Of a stretch of 64,000 nt of DNA, positions 17,761 through 25,601 are shown piece after piece. This DNA is from Candidatus Sulfotelmatobacter sp. Lineage in GTDB: Bacteria; Acidobacteriota; Terriglobia; Terriglobales; Acidobacteriaceae. The position numbers were made by a program, and so were the translations under genes. Position 1 is the first letter of the stretch. Each line of letters opens with the position of its first letter. The notes below the pieces were generated by a model. The model was given only the letters and a program-made list of their open reading frames with translations. It was not told where the DNA came from and made no database searches. The DNA is taken from contig JBATXV010000011.1 of assembly GCA_049673585.1 (NCBI GenBank), positions 2,547 to 66,546 of the forward strand, given 5' to 3'.

Positions 17761-18501
17761 TTACTTCTTCTCCTTTTTCTCAGCCTTCTTCTCGGCCTTC
17801 TCCGGCTTCTCGGCCGCAGCCGCCTCGCCTTCTTCCTCAGTCTCCGCCTTGCCCTTCTTGATGACTTCAGGCTCAGCCGGTGCCGCTCCAGCTTCCGCCG
17901 CCACCGCTTCCGGCGCAGCCACAACCTCTTCCTTCACGCTGGTGACATGGGCAACAGGCTGGTTCGCGTCCGAAAGAAACTTGATTTTCTCATTATGCGG
18001 CAGATCCGAAACGCGCAGCACCTTGCCGAAAGTAAGGTGGCTGACGTCGACATCGATATGGCTCGGAATGTCTCCCGGCAGGCATTCGATCTCCACTTCA
18101 CGCAGTATGTGCTCGAGAATTCCGCCTTCCGTCTTCACCCCCGCCGCCACGCCCTGCAGCACGATGGGCACGCTGACCCGCAGCGCCTTGTCCATGGCGA
18201 TGCGCTTCAAGTCGATGTGCAGTAAGTGTCCTTTGATCGGCTCATACTGCCAGTCCACGATCATGGCCTTGGTGCGCTCGCCGCCATGCAGCGCCAGATC
18301 GAAAATCGTGTTGTGCCCGCTGTCAGAGCGCAAAATGCGCAGCACATGCCGCGGATCCACGCTCACCGGCAGCGCGTCTTTGCTCGCGCCATACAGCACG
18401 CCAGGAATTTTGCCCTCGCGCCGCACCCGCCGCGCGTGGTTCTTCGTCCCAGCCTCTCGCGGCTGCGCCTCCAGAATGTTTTGTTCCAATGTAGTTGCCA
18501 T
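17761..18501 (-). CDS. rplY: 50S ribosomal protein L25/general stress protein Ctc with Lys/Glu/Ala-rich tail
   Basis: REAGTKNHARRVRREGKIPGVLYG is a canonical bL25 N-terminus. The start is at MATTLEQ. Confidence 0.9.
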   Translation of the reverse strand: MATTLEQNILEAQPREAGTKNHARRVRREGKIPGVLYGASKDALPVSVDPRHVLRILRSDSGHNTIFDLALHGGERTKAMIVDWQYEPIKGHLLHIDLKRIAMDKALRVSVPIVLQGVAAGVKTEGGILEHILREVEIECLPGDIPSHIDVDVSHLTFGKVLRVSDLPHNEKIKFLSDANQPVAHVTSVKEEVVAAPEAVAAEAGAAPAEPEVIKKGKAETEEEGEAAAAEKPEKAEKKAEKKEKK

Positions 18502-18537
18502 AATTTCGATTCCTTCTAAAAGTGTTCCCTCACGCAT

Positions 18538-18641
18538 TGTCATCCTGAGGCGACAGCTTCATCGTCGCCGAAGGATCTGAGCGAGCCGCGCGAAGCGTCG
18601 CGTTCTTTGCGACGCAATAATCGCGCGCCTGGCTCGCTTCC
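18538..18641. repeat. dispersed GTCATCCTGA-type palindromic element, copy 2
   Basis: Homologous to 9748-9850. It has nested hairpins (GGCGAC/GTCGCC, GCGTCGC/GCGACGC, GAGCGAGCC/GGCTCGCTTC) and fills the prs-rplY junction. Confidence 0.65.
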
Positions 18642-18671
18642 TTTTATCTCTGGCCGCGCCGCAGCCCGCCG

Positions 18672-19739
18672 CTAAATAAACAACTTACTAACCGACGTCT
18701 CTTCGTGATTGGCCTGAATTGCCCGTCCAATCAGTCCCGCAATCGAAAGCACCCGGATCTTCGGCTCCCGCTTAGCCTCTTCATTGAGCGGAATCGTATT
18801 CGTGACCACAACTTCCCGGATCACCGACTTCGCAATGTTCTCGACCGCCGGCCCCGACAGCACCGCGTGCGAAGAACAGGCATAAACCTCGGTAGCGCCG
18901 TTCTCTATCAAGGCCGCCGCAGTCTTCACCAGCGTCCCGGCCGTATCGATCAGGTCGTCGATGATCAAGCAGGTCCGTCCATGCACATCGCCGATCACGT
19001 GCATTACTTCGGCCACGTTCATTTCCACGCGCCGTTTGTCGACGATAGCCAGCGCCGCGTCCACCTTCTTCGCGAAAAACCGCGCCCGCTCCACGCCGCC
19101 CGCATCCGGCGAAACCACCGTCAGATTCGGCAGGTTCAGTTTCCGGAAGTGATCCACCAGCACCGGCGAAGCGAACAGGTGATCCACCGGAATATTGAAA
19201 AATCCCTGCAACTGCGGCGTATGCAAATCAACAATCAGCGCCCGGTGCGCTCCTGCCGTCGTAAGCAAATCCGCGACCAGCTTCGACGAAATCGGACTCC
19301 GCGGCTTGTCTTTCCGGTCCTGCCGCGCATAACCAAAATAAGGCATCACCGCCGTGATCCGCCGCGCCGATGCCCGCTTCAGCGCATCGATCATCAACAG
19401 CAATTCCATCAGGTGTTCATCCACGCTCGTGCTTCGCCCATCAGGGTGCACCACCCGGCACGTAGGCTGCATGATGAACACGTCACCGCCGCGAACGTTC
19501 TCCTGGATCTGCACATACGCCTCGCCGTCGGCAAAGCGCGTTACCTGCGCCTGCCCGCGCTGCATCCCAAGAAACTGGCAAACCTCGTCAGCCAGAGGCT
19601 CGTTCGCCGTCCCGCTGAAAATCTTGAATTTCTCGTCCAGCCGCGCGCGCTGCTTGCGATCCGGCTTCTCCTCGGGCGCAGTTGGAACCTGTTTCTCAAC
19701 CTTCTCGGTTTTTTCTGCCGGCGTGACTAAAGTTGCCAT
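18672..19739 (-). CDS. prs: ribose-phosphate pyrophosphokinase
   Basis: FSGTANEPLADEV, the PRPP-binding loop DLIDTAGT, and an N-terminal extension of about 35 aa rich in E/K/P. Confidence 0.93.
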   Translation of the reverse strand: MATLVTPAEKTEKVEKQVPTAPEEKPDRKQRARLDEKFKIFSGTANEPLADEVCQFLGMQRGQAQVTRFADGEAYVQIQENVRGGDVFIMQPTCRVVHPDGRSTSVDEHLMELLLMIDALKRASARRITAVMPYFGYARQDRKDKPRSPISSKLVADLLTTAGAHRALIVDLHTPQLQGFFNIPVDHLFASPVLVDHFRKLNLPNLTVVSPDAGGVERARFFAKKVDAALAIVDKRRVEMNVAEVMHVIGDVHGRTCLIIDDLIDTAGTLVKTAAALIENGATEVYACSSHAVLSGPAVENIAKSVIREVVVTNTIPLNEEAKREPKIRVLSIAGLIGRAIQANHEETSVSKLFI

Positions 19740-19744
19740 AGTGA

Positions 19745-19818
19745 GTTCTCAGTTCTCGGTTCTCAGTCCTTGGGGCTCGGCCAGTTCTACTGAGAACTGA
19801 GAACTGGCAACTGAGAAC
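19745..19818. repeat. GTTCTCA-heptad inverted repeat (tRNA-Gln / prs junction)
   Basis: GTTCTCAGTTCTCGGTTCTCAG (19745-19766) against CTGAGAACTGAGAAC...CTGAGAAC (19790-19818). A 17-bp stem with one mismatch is possible. Confidence 0.8.
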
Positions 19819-19825
19819 TGTATTC

Positions 19826-19899
19826 TGGCTGGGCCGCTAGGATTCGAACCTAGACAAAGTGCTCCAAAGGCACTTGACCTACCATTAGTCGACGGCCCA
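19826..19899 (-). tRNA. tRNA-Gln (anticodon UUG)
   Basis: Manual cloverleaf: acceptor UGGGCCG/CGGCCCA, anticodon stem AGUGC/GCACU, loop CUUUGGA, T arm CUAGG-UUCGAAU-CCUAG, discriminator G, CCA encoded. 74 nt. Confidence 0.92.
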
Positions 19900-19966
19900 G
19901 TACGATTTCTGGTTTTTGATTGACCCCGAAACTCGGGCACCCCTATTGTCAATCAACAATCAGCAA

Positions 19967-21082
19967 TCAACAATCAAAAATTCGCCGCCAGTACTGGCCC
20001 CGCGGCAGCGTGACCGTCGCCTGCGCCGCCCGCCCTTGCTTTCGCAACCTGCTCGCCGCCGCGCGCGCCGCCTCTTTCGAACCAAACAGCCCATACAACG
20101 CCGACCCGGAGCCCGACAGCGACGCATACTTCGCGCCCGCGCGCTCCAGCGCACTCTTGCCTTCGCTCAGCTCGGGATACTCAGGAAAGACGACTTCTTC
20201 AAAGTCGTTCTTGATCCCGGCCCGGACAAGCTCGAGAAGCGGATTCTCGGCCCGGCCCCTTCCAAAAGGAGCACCGGAGTAACTCTTGCTCAGCCACGCC
20301 GAAAGCCCTCGGCCAAGCTCAATCATTCTATCGGACCGTGCTTGGACCGTCAATTCTCCACTGCTCGTGTAGGGACGGCTCTTGCTCGTCCAGGCCGGGC
20401 GAAGCCCGGCAGTGCTTGCAGCCACCACCGACGCTTGTAATACCGTGGAAGAGCGGCGCTTCAGCGCCGCACCAGCCTCCTGAAGAAGTGCCGGCTTTAG
20501 CCCCTGCAGTTCTTCAGCCGCAAGCCGATCCCATTCCGCAAACGCCTTCGGCGTCGAAACCCCCACCTCCGGCGTCACCACCACGCACGCCGTCGCCGGC
20601 AAATCCTCCAGCGGATATACCTGCTCCCCGCGCCCCACCCCCAGCACCGTTCCACCCACCAGAAACAGCGGCAGATCAGATCCCACTTCCGCCGCAATCT
20701 GCAGCCGTTCCTCGGCCGGCAAAGCCTCCTTCGCCGCTCGCTCCAGCCCCAGCAGCGTAGCCACGGCATCCGCCGAAGCCCCGCCCAGCCCACCCTGCAC
20801 CGGCAACCGCTTCTCAATCTCGATGACGACACGCCCCTTCGCGTTCAGCGCCCGCATCGCCTTTTCTGCGATGCGATAACAAGTATTCGATTCATCCTTC
20901 GGAACTCTAGGGTCCGCGCACCGAATCTCAATCCCACTGCCCCGCTCCAGGCTCACTCGGATCACGTCATGCAACCCAATCGTCTGATACACCGTCAGCA
21001 GCTCATGAAATCCATCCTCGCGCAGCGCCCCAATGCGCAACCCGAGATTGATCTTCGCGAACGCTCGGACGGATATTGTCAT
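19967..21082 (-). CDS. ispE: 4-diphosphocytidyl-2-C-methyl-D-erythritol kinase, with a large internal insertion
   Basis: AFAKINLGLRI, the GHMP motif PVQGGLGGASADA and C-terminal SLSGSGSALYGLF. At 371 aa it is longer than the roughly 285 aa usual for the family. Confidence 0.88.
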   Translation of the reverse strand: MTISVRAFAKINLGLRIGALREDGFHELLTVYQTIGLHDVIRVSLERGSGIEIRCADPRVPKDESNTCYRIAEKAMRALNAKGRVVIEIEKRLPVQGGLGGASADAVATLLGLERAAKEALPAEERLQIAAEVGSDLPLFLVGGTVLGVGRGEQVYPLEDLPATACVVVTPEVGVSTPKAFAEWDRLAAEELQGLKPALLQEAGAALKRRSSTVLQASVVAASTAGLRPAWTSKSRPYTSSGELTVQARSDRMIELGRGLSAWLSKSYSGAPFGRGRAENPLLELVRAGIKNDFEEVVFPEYPELSEGKSALERAGAKYASLSGSGSALYGLFGSKEAARAAASRLRKQGRAAQATVTLPRGQYWRRIFDC

Positions 21083-21150
21083 GGCCGCATTTAATCACAC
21101 CGCAAATAGCTTGCGATACAATCGTCAGCACTTCGACGGGAGAGCGCACC

Positions 21151-21537
21151 ATGCGTCACTTCGACCCACTAGGCCTCCTGCCCCTCGCACGGGACCTCGT
21201 CTTCCTGTTAGTCGGTCTTGCCGGCGGGGTCCTGGCATGGCTCAAAGCCCGCCGTGCCCAATCGTGGCCCTCCACCAAAGGCACAGTCATGCACGTCACC
21301 TCGCGAAGCATAGGTGGAATCTACAAGCCATGGATCGGCGAATTTTCATACACCTACATAGTGAACGGTGAATACTTCTCCGGCTTCCACCAAATCAGAG
21401 CTTTCAGCCAGAAGCGTGCCGACGCTCTCACTCTCGGCTGGAAAGGACGCATGTTGGTGGTACGCTATTCACCCTCCAGCTACAGAACCTCCGCCCTGCT
21501 TAAGTCGGATCAGCCCGGCGGCCAGCTAGGGAACTAG
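21151..21537 (+). CDS. DUF3592-like membrane protein
   Basis: TM helix followed by W-P-x-T-x-G-T-V ... Y-x-Y-x-V-x-G-x-x-[YF]-x-G, the pattern I associate with DUF3592. The start is at MRHFDPL. Confidence 0.55.
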   Translation: MRHFDPLGLLPLARDLVFLLVGLAGGVLAWLKARRAQSWPSTKGTVMHVTSRSIGGIYKPWIGEFSYTYIVNGEYFSGFHQIRAFSQKRADALTLGWKGRMLVVRYSPSSYRTSALLKSDQPGGQLGN

Positions 21538-21612
21538 AAAAAAGCCCCTCCCCTAACCGATACACCACCTTGGTAATCTCGACTCCTCAACTCCATAAGC
21601 GCAATCTAATGA

Positions 21613-21650
21613 GGTGTGATTTCGAAATGATTTGTGATTTCGATCACACC
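21613..21650. promoter_or_regulatory. CRP/FNR-family-type operator: perfect TGTGA-N6-TCACA plus an upstream imperfect copy
   Basis: TGTGATTTCGATCACA at 21633-21648, TGTGATTTCGAAATGA at 21615-21630, and outer arms GGTGTGAT/ATCACACC. It lies about 215 bp upstream of the cupredoxin-like gene. Confidence 0.45.
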
Positions 21651-21862
21651 AACCACCTCCCCACGGCCCTCCCATTTTGGGATAAGTACGACCGCAAACA
21701 CGAGCGCCGGCCCGACTGTGGGGCCCCCTGTAGCGCTGGCCCGCGAGTCGGGCGCAAGCCGTTGCCTGCGGAAAAGCAAGCGGTTCGACTTAATTTCAGC
21801 CCGCGCTCCACGACGACCGCGGATAGGCCACGTGTAAGGGCGGGTAAAACAGGGGTTTCAAC

Positions 21863-22675
21863 ATGCGCATCATCATTGCCCGTCTTTCATCGCTGGCGCT
21901 CTTTCTTGCGGTTGCAGCCTTTGCCGCGGCGCAGGCCGAGTACAGAGTCATCTCCGTCACCGACGGAGGAACTATTTCCGGCACCGTCAAATGGTCCGGC
22001 CCGGTCCCTCACCAACTGGATTTCCCGGTTACCAAAGATCCCCAGATCTGCGACCCCGAGGGAAAGAAAGTCGTCAGCCTCGAACGCCTGATCATCGGCC
22101 CCGAGGGCGGCGTCGCCAATACCATCGTTTACCTCAAGGACATCTCCGCGGGCAAAGTGCTCGAACTACCCGAGCAACGGCGTCACCTCGACCAGAAGCA
22201 GTGTCGCTATATTCCGCACATTCTTCTCGTGCCCCAGAACGCGGCGCTGCAGATGCAAAGCTCCGACGCCACCCTGCACACCATCCACATGGACGGAGCC
22301 GCAACCTTCAACCTGCCCTTCCCGTTCACCAATCAGCCCGTCTCCCGCACCATGTCCACGCCGGGCCTGATCAATCTTCACTGCAACGGTGGCCACGTCT
22401 GGATGAACGCGGAAATGATGGTCGTCACCCATCCCTATTACGCCGTCACCGACGAGAGCGGCCGCTTCGAATTCACCAGCGTCCCGCCCGGCACCTATCA
22501 GATCGTTGCCTGGCATGAAGGCTGGGGACTGGCCGGCAAGGAGCAGGCCTACGACGTCCTCACCGAGCGCACCGTGCAGCGCCCCATCTTCACCGAACCC
22601 AAGACCTGGGAAAAATCAGTCACGGTCGATGCGAATGGATCCAGCACGGTAAATTTCGCGATAGGCAACAGGTAG
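21863..22675 (+). CDS. secreted cupredoxin-like / CarboxypepD_reg-like domain protein
   Basis: Signal peptide. Possible type-1 copper ligand pattern (HTIH ... HCNGGHVWM), followed by a DESGRFEFTSVPPGTYQIVAWHEG beta-sandwich motif. Confidence 0.5.
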   Translation: MRIIIARLSSLALFLAVAAFAAAQAEYRVISVTDGGTISGTVKWSGPVPHQLDFPVTKDPQICDPEGKKVVSLERLIIGPEGGVANTIVYLKDISAGKVLELPEQRRHLDQKQCRYIPHILLVPQNAALQMQSSDATLHTIHMDGAATFNLPFPFTNQPVSRTMSTPGLINLHCNGGHVWMNAEMMVVTHPYYAVTDESGRFEFTSVPPGTYQIVAWHEGWGLAGKEQAYDVLTERTVQRPIFTEPKTWEKSVTVDANGSSTVNFAIGNR

Positions 22676-22702
22676 CACCTCGTCACGCGAAGGATCGGGA
22701 AG

Positions 22703-22754
22703 GGCACGACTTCAGTCGTGCCGCCTGATGGCCACATGCGTACAGGCTTTAGCC
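22703..22754. repeat. intergenic palindromic element: GGCACGA-CTTCAG-TCGTGCC, 22 nt, GGCTTTAGCC
   Basis: It has the same architecture and spacing as the sequence inside ispE at 20453-20502. No U-tract follows the hairpin. Confidence 0.5.
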
Positions 22755-22957
22755 TCTGAGGCTGGCCGCCGCTTCGGCAACACCGGGCCCGACAATCAGC
22801 ATTACCATTTCCACCCCATCCTGGACTTTCATAAACTTCCGTAGGAGAATACCGCACGAGCGCCGCCAGCCCAACGGAGGGCGATGATTGTGGCCAATTA
22901 CTTCGCCGCATCTGTGCCGAGCTTCTTCCACGAGAGTTTCGGAACTTTGCCTTCGTA

Positions 22958-23359
22958 TTGTTTTGGGTTACCCTGGTTGCGGTCTGGTTCCTCATCAATC
23001 GCTTACCCGGTTGGTTCCGTTCTCTCGGCGCGCGAAGTTGGCCTCTCGCAGATGGCAGAATTGAGACCGTCAACGTGAAGGAATTCGGTCAACAAGCGCT
23101 CGGTGAGCTGGGTTATTCCTACCTGGTAGAAGGAAATCGCTACTCCGGATGTTTCTCGTGGCAGTTCGGGGATGAGCAGCAAGCGTGGGACTACGTCGCG
23201 GGGTTGAAAGGCAGGAATGTGGCCGTTCGATACATGCGCGAGAACCCGGACGTCTCAGCCCTCAGAAACGCCGACCAGTCCCAAACAGATCTCCGAGGCA
23301 GCGGTTTCTTAAACACGATCTGGACGGCCTTCACTGGCCAGTTCCGCAAACGCATCTAA
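22958..23359 (+). CDS. DUF3592-like membrane protein (paralogue of 21151-21537)
   Basis: TTG start, a TM helix, then SWPLADGRIETVNV ... YSYLVEGNRYSG. Confidence 0.5.
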   Translation: MFWVTLVAVWFLINRLPGWFRSLGARSWPLADGRIETVNVKEFGQQALGELGYSYLVEGNRYSGCFSWQFGDEQQAWDYVAGLKGRNVAVRYMRENPDVSALRNADQSQTDLRGSGFLNTIWTAFTGQFRKRI

Positions 23360-24093
23360 CTCCGCCGCTTATAAAGCACAGCAAACTCAAACCCCGTATT
23401 CGCCGGAAACAATTCCGCCACTTTCCGCAACCGCTCCGCCAGCGCCGAAGGCGCGAGCAGCGGATAGTCCCGCTCCCGCAGATCGCGGTAATCCACATCC
23501 AGATAAAGCGAAAGCAGATAAATCGAGATCGAATCGGAAAACGTGGCCTCGAAGTATTCATTCTTGAAGCGCTCCGCATCCGGACCACCCGCCGTAGCCA
23601 GCTTCCGCGCTTCGAAAGCATCCAGCGAAGTTTCGCCCCGCACCCCTGCCTCCACCTGCTTCCAGGCCAGTTCGCTGAATTCCGCGGAAACTCCGGCGAT
23701 CTCCACCAGCGCGTGCCCCACGTTGATGTAAAACTCAAACGCCACGGAAAACTTGTCGTCCATCAGCCGCGTCGAAATAAACACGCACTGCGAATCGCCC
23801 AGATTCAGGTTGCGATGGCAAACCGCGTTGTCGCTGAGCGCCACATCGTAGCGGTCCGCGATCAGAATTTCTTCTCCCTGGCTAATCGTCAGCGGGACAA
23901 AGTAATAAGCCTTCCGCTTCAACGCCCCAGCGATCTTCGCGGGCACAGCGGCAATCATGCGCTCGAGGTCAAACGAACTGATCGAGACCTCGCCCGCCAC
24001 GGCATAGCACACCCCATTCGCCGCCTGTGAAACCGGCGTCATCCGCACCACATCCGCGGGGCTCCGCGTAATAGCCGTCGCTGCCTGCGACAT
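23356..24093 (-). CDS. hypothetical protein, no recognisable domain
   Basis: 245 aa from MSQAATAI. The upstream part of the longest ORF (to 24249) runs into low-complexity repeat DNA. It overlaps the convergent DUF3592 gene by 4 nt. Confidence 0.55.
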   Translation of the reverse strand: MSQAATAITRSPADVVRMTPVSQAANGVCYAVAGEVSISSFDLERMIAAVPAKIAGALKRKAYYFVPLTISQGEEILIADRYDVALSDNAVCHRNLNLGDSQCVFISTRLMDDKFSVAFEFYINVGHALVEIAGVSAEFSELAWKQVEAGVRGETSLDAFEARKLATAGGPDAERFKNEYFEATFSDSISIYLLSLYLDVDYRDLRERDYPLLAPSALAERLRKVAELFPANTGFEFAVLYKRRS

Positions 24094-24337
24094 AGTGATT
24101 CTTTTATACACCACGGCTCGCGTGGAGCGGGCGCCCCCGCCCGCTGCCTTTGACCTTGCCCTTGATCTTGAATTAATTCCCTTGACTTGGATTCCGAAAA
24201 GAGTAATCCTATCTCTACACGCATTGGTTCTTTGATAACTGAATAGCAATTAGTTAACTCCAGCGAATTCAATATTTTGCGATCCCGGCCGCTGACCCCA
24301 AGGCATTTAACCAAGGCAAGCCAACCTAAGCCCTTTG

Positions 24338-24373
24338 AATGTAACATTTTGCAAGTAAGTCCTTTACTTGCAA
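24338..24373. promoter_or_regulatory. two adjacent palindromes (AATGT-a-ACATT; TTGCAAGTAA-gtcct-TTACTTGCAA)
   Basis: A perfect 10-bp-arm inverted repeat at 24349-24373, immediately after a 5-bp-arm palindrome at 24338-24348. Both lie inside an AT-rich 423-bp spacer. Confidence 0.3.
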
Positions 24374-24516
24374 TATTTTAGCCAGATTAAGGTCAGATCA
24401 CCAACCCGCAACTCACTGATTCCAAGTATTTTACGCAGTTCGATCTGTGATTTTTTCAGTCCAGATCTCGGCCTCGTCTGCCACCGGAGACACCCGGATG
24501 GTGGTAGCCTAAAAGT

Positions 24517-24819
24517 ATGCCGACCCCGCGCCCGCCCCGCTGGTACGCGATTCCGGTGCGAGTCCTGCTGTTGACCTTCATCGGCACTCTGATCTCATTC
24601 GCCGTCAGCCTGTTCTTGGGAATCGTCGGGACCGTGGCCGTAGGCGCGGTGCGCCACGTTCATCCCAACATGACCGTAGCCTACCGCGAAATCGCTCTTC
24701 CAGCAGCCGTAGTCGCAGGCAGCATCATCTTCGTCCTCGCACTTATCATGGAAATCCGCCACTACCGCCAATCTAGGATACTGGCCGCGCTCGAGGGCTT
24801 GACGGATACGAGAGGATGA
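24517..24819 (+). CDS. small three-TM membrane protein, hypothetical
   Basis: 100 aa with three hydrophobic helices, 5 nt upstream of the amidotransferase gene. Confidence 0.45.
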   Translation: MPTPRPPRWYAIPVRVLLLTFIGTLISFAVSLFLGIVGTVAVGAVRHVHPNMTVAYREIALPAAVVAGSIIFVLALIMEIRHYRQSRILAALEGLTDTRG

Positions 24820-24824
24820 GCTGA

Positions 24825-25586
24825 TTGCCGATGAACCCGCGGCCCCGCATCGCCATCCCCATGCCGCACTCGATGGATCGCGAGTACGCCGAGCGAGCGA
24901 TCCCGCAATATGAGAGCGCCATCGAGCAAGCCGGGGGCGAGCCCGTCCGCATCACGCTCAACCAGACCTCAGCCGAAATCATGAAGATCGAAGTCCTGAA
25001 AATAATGGAGAGCTGCGACGCCGTGCTCCTGCCCGGCAGCAAAGCAGATGTCGATCCCTCGAAGTTCAGTGCGCAGCGCTCGCCGCACACCGCCGCCGCC
25101 GACCCGCGCCGCGACGCCGTCGACGAACTCCTCCTGCAAGACGCCTACAACCGGCGCAAGCCCATCCTCGGTATCTGCTATGGCCTGCAAAGCCTCAACG
25201 TCTACCGCGCCGGGTCGCTCATTCAGCACATCCCGGATTTTCTGTCGGAAGATGTGCGCACGAAGGTCAATCACGAAGCAGGACGGACAGTCGCAATCGC
25301 GCACTCGGTTGAGATCGAAAAAGATTCCCAGCTGGGGGAAATTCTAGGCGCACGGGAGAAGCGCGCAGTCGCAGTGAACTCTTCGCATCACCAATCGGCC
25401 GATATCATCGGCAACGGCCTGCGCATCGCCGCCCGCTGCCCCGACGACGGCATCATCGAGGCTTTGGAAGGAACCGCCCCGGATCACTTCGTGCTGGCAG
25501 TGCAATGGCATCCCGAGCGCTCGATCGATCAAGACGAGCCTTCCCGCGCCATCTTCCGCGCCCTGATCAAAGCAGCGCAACACTGA
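24825..25586 (+). CDS. class-I glutamine amidotransferase / gamma-glutamyl-GABA hydrolase family (peptidase C26)
   Basis: Nucleophile elbow GICYGLQ, and SSHHQ ... QWHPE. Confidence 0.85.
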   Translation: MPMNPRPRIAIPMPHSMDREYAERAIPQYESAIEQAGGEPVRITLNQTSAEIMKIEVLKIMESCDAVLLPGSKADVDPSKFSAQRSPHTAAADPRRDAVDELLLQDAYNRRKPILGICYGLQSLNVYRAGSLIQHIPDFLSEDVRTKVNHEAGRTVAIAHSVEIEKDSQLGEILGAREKRAVAVNSSHHQSADIIGNGLRIAARCPDDGIIEALEGTAPDHFVLAVQWHPERSIDQDEPSRAIFRALIKAAQH

Positions 25587-25601
25587 ACGGGCACCGCAAA
25601 G

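Noticed and set aside
17050-18580. Two long plus-strand ORFs (391 aa and 317 aa) across pth and rplY
   Set aside because: Both are antisense to two canonical translation genes, with low-complexity Arg/Ser/Ala-rich products.
18705-19730. 341-aa ORF antisense to prs
   Set aside because: A shadow ORF of a highly conserved gene, with no motifs.
19967-21082. ispE as a pseudogene disrupted by a repeat insertion
   Set aside because: The reading frame is uninterrupted and all catalytic motifs on both sides of the insert are intact and in frame.
22703-22722. GGCACGAC-TTCA-GTCGTGCC hairpin as the intrinsic terminator of the cupredoxin-like gene
   Set aside because: No U-tract follows it. The same architecture recurs inside ispE, so a dispersed repeat is the better explanation, although termination activity cannot be excluded.
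22549-23073. 174-aa minus-strand ORF spanning the 22676-22957 spacer
   Set aside because: It overlaps the ends of two better-supported plus-strand genes and a palindromic repeat. It has no SD and no motifs.
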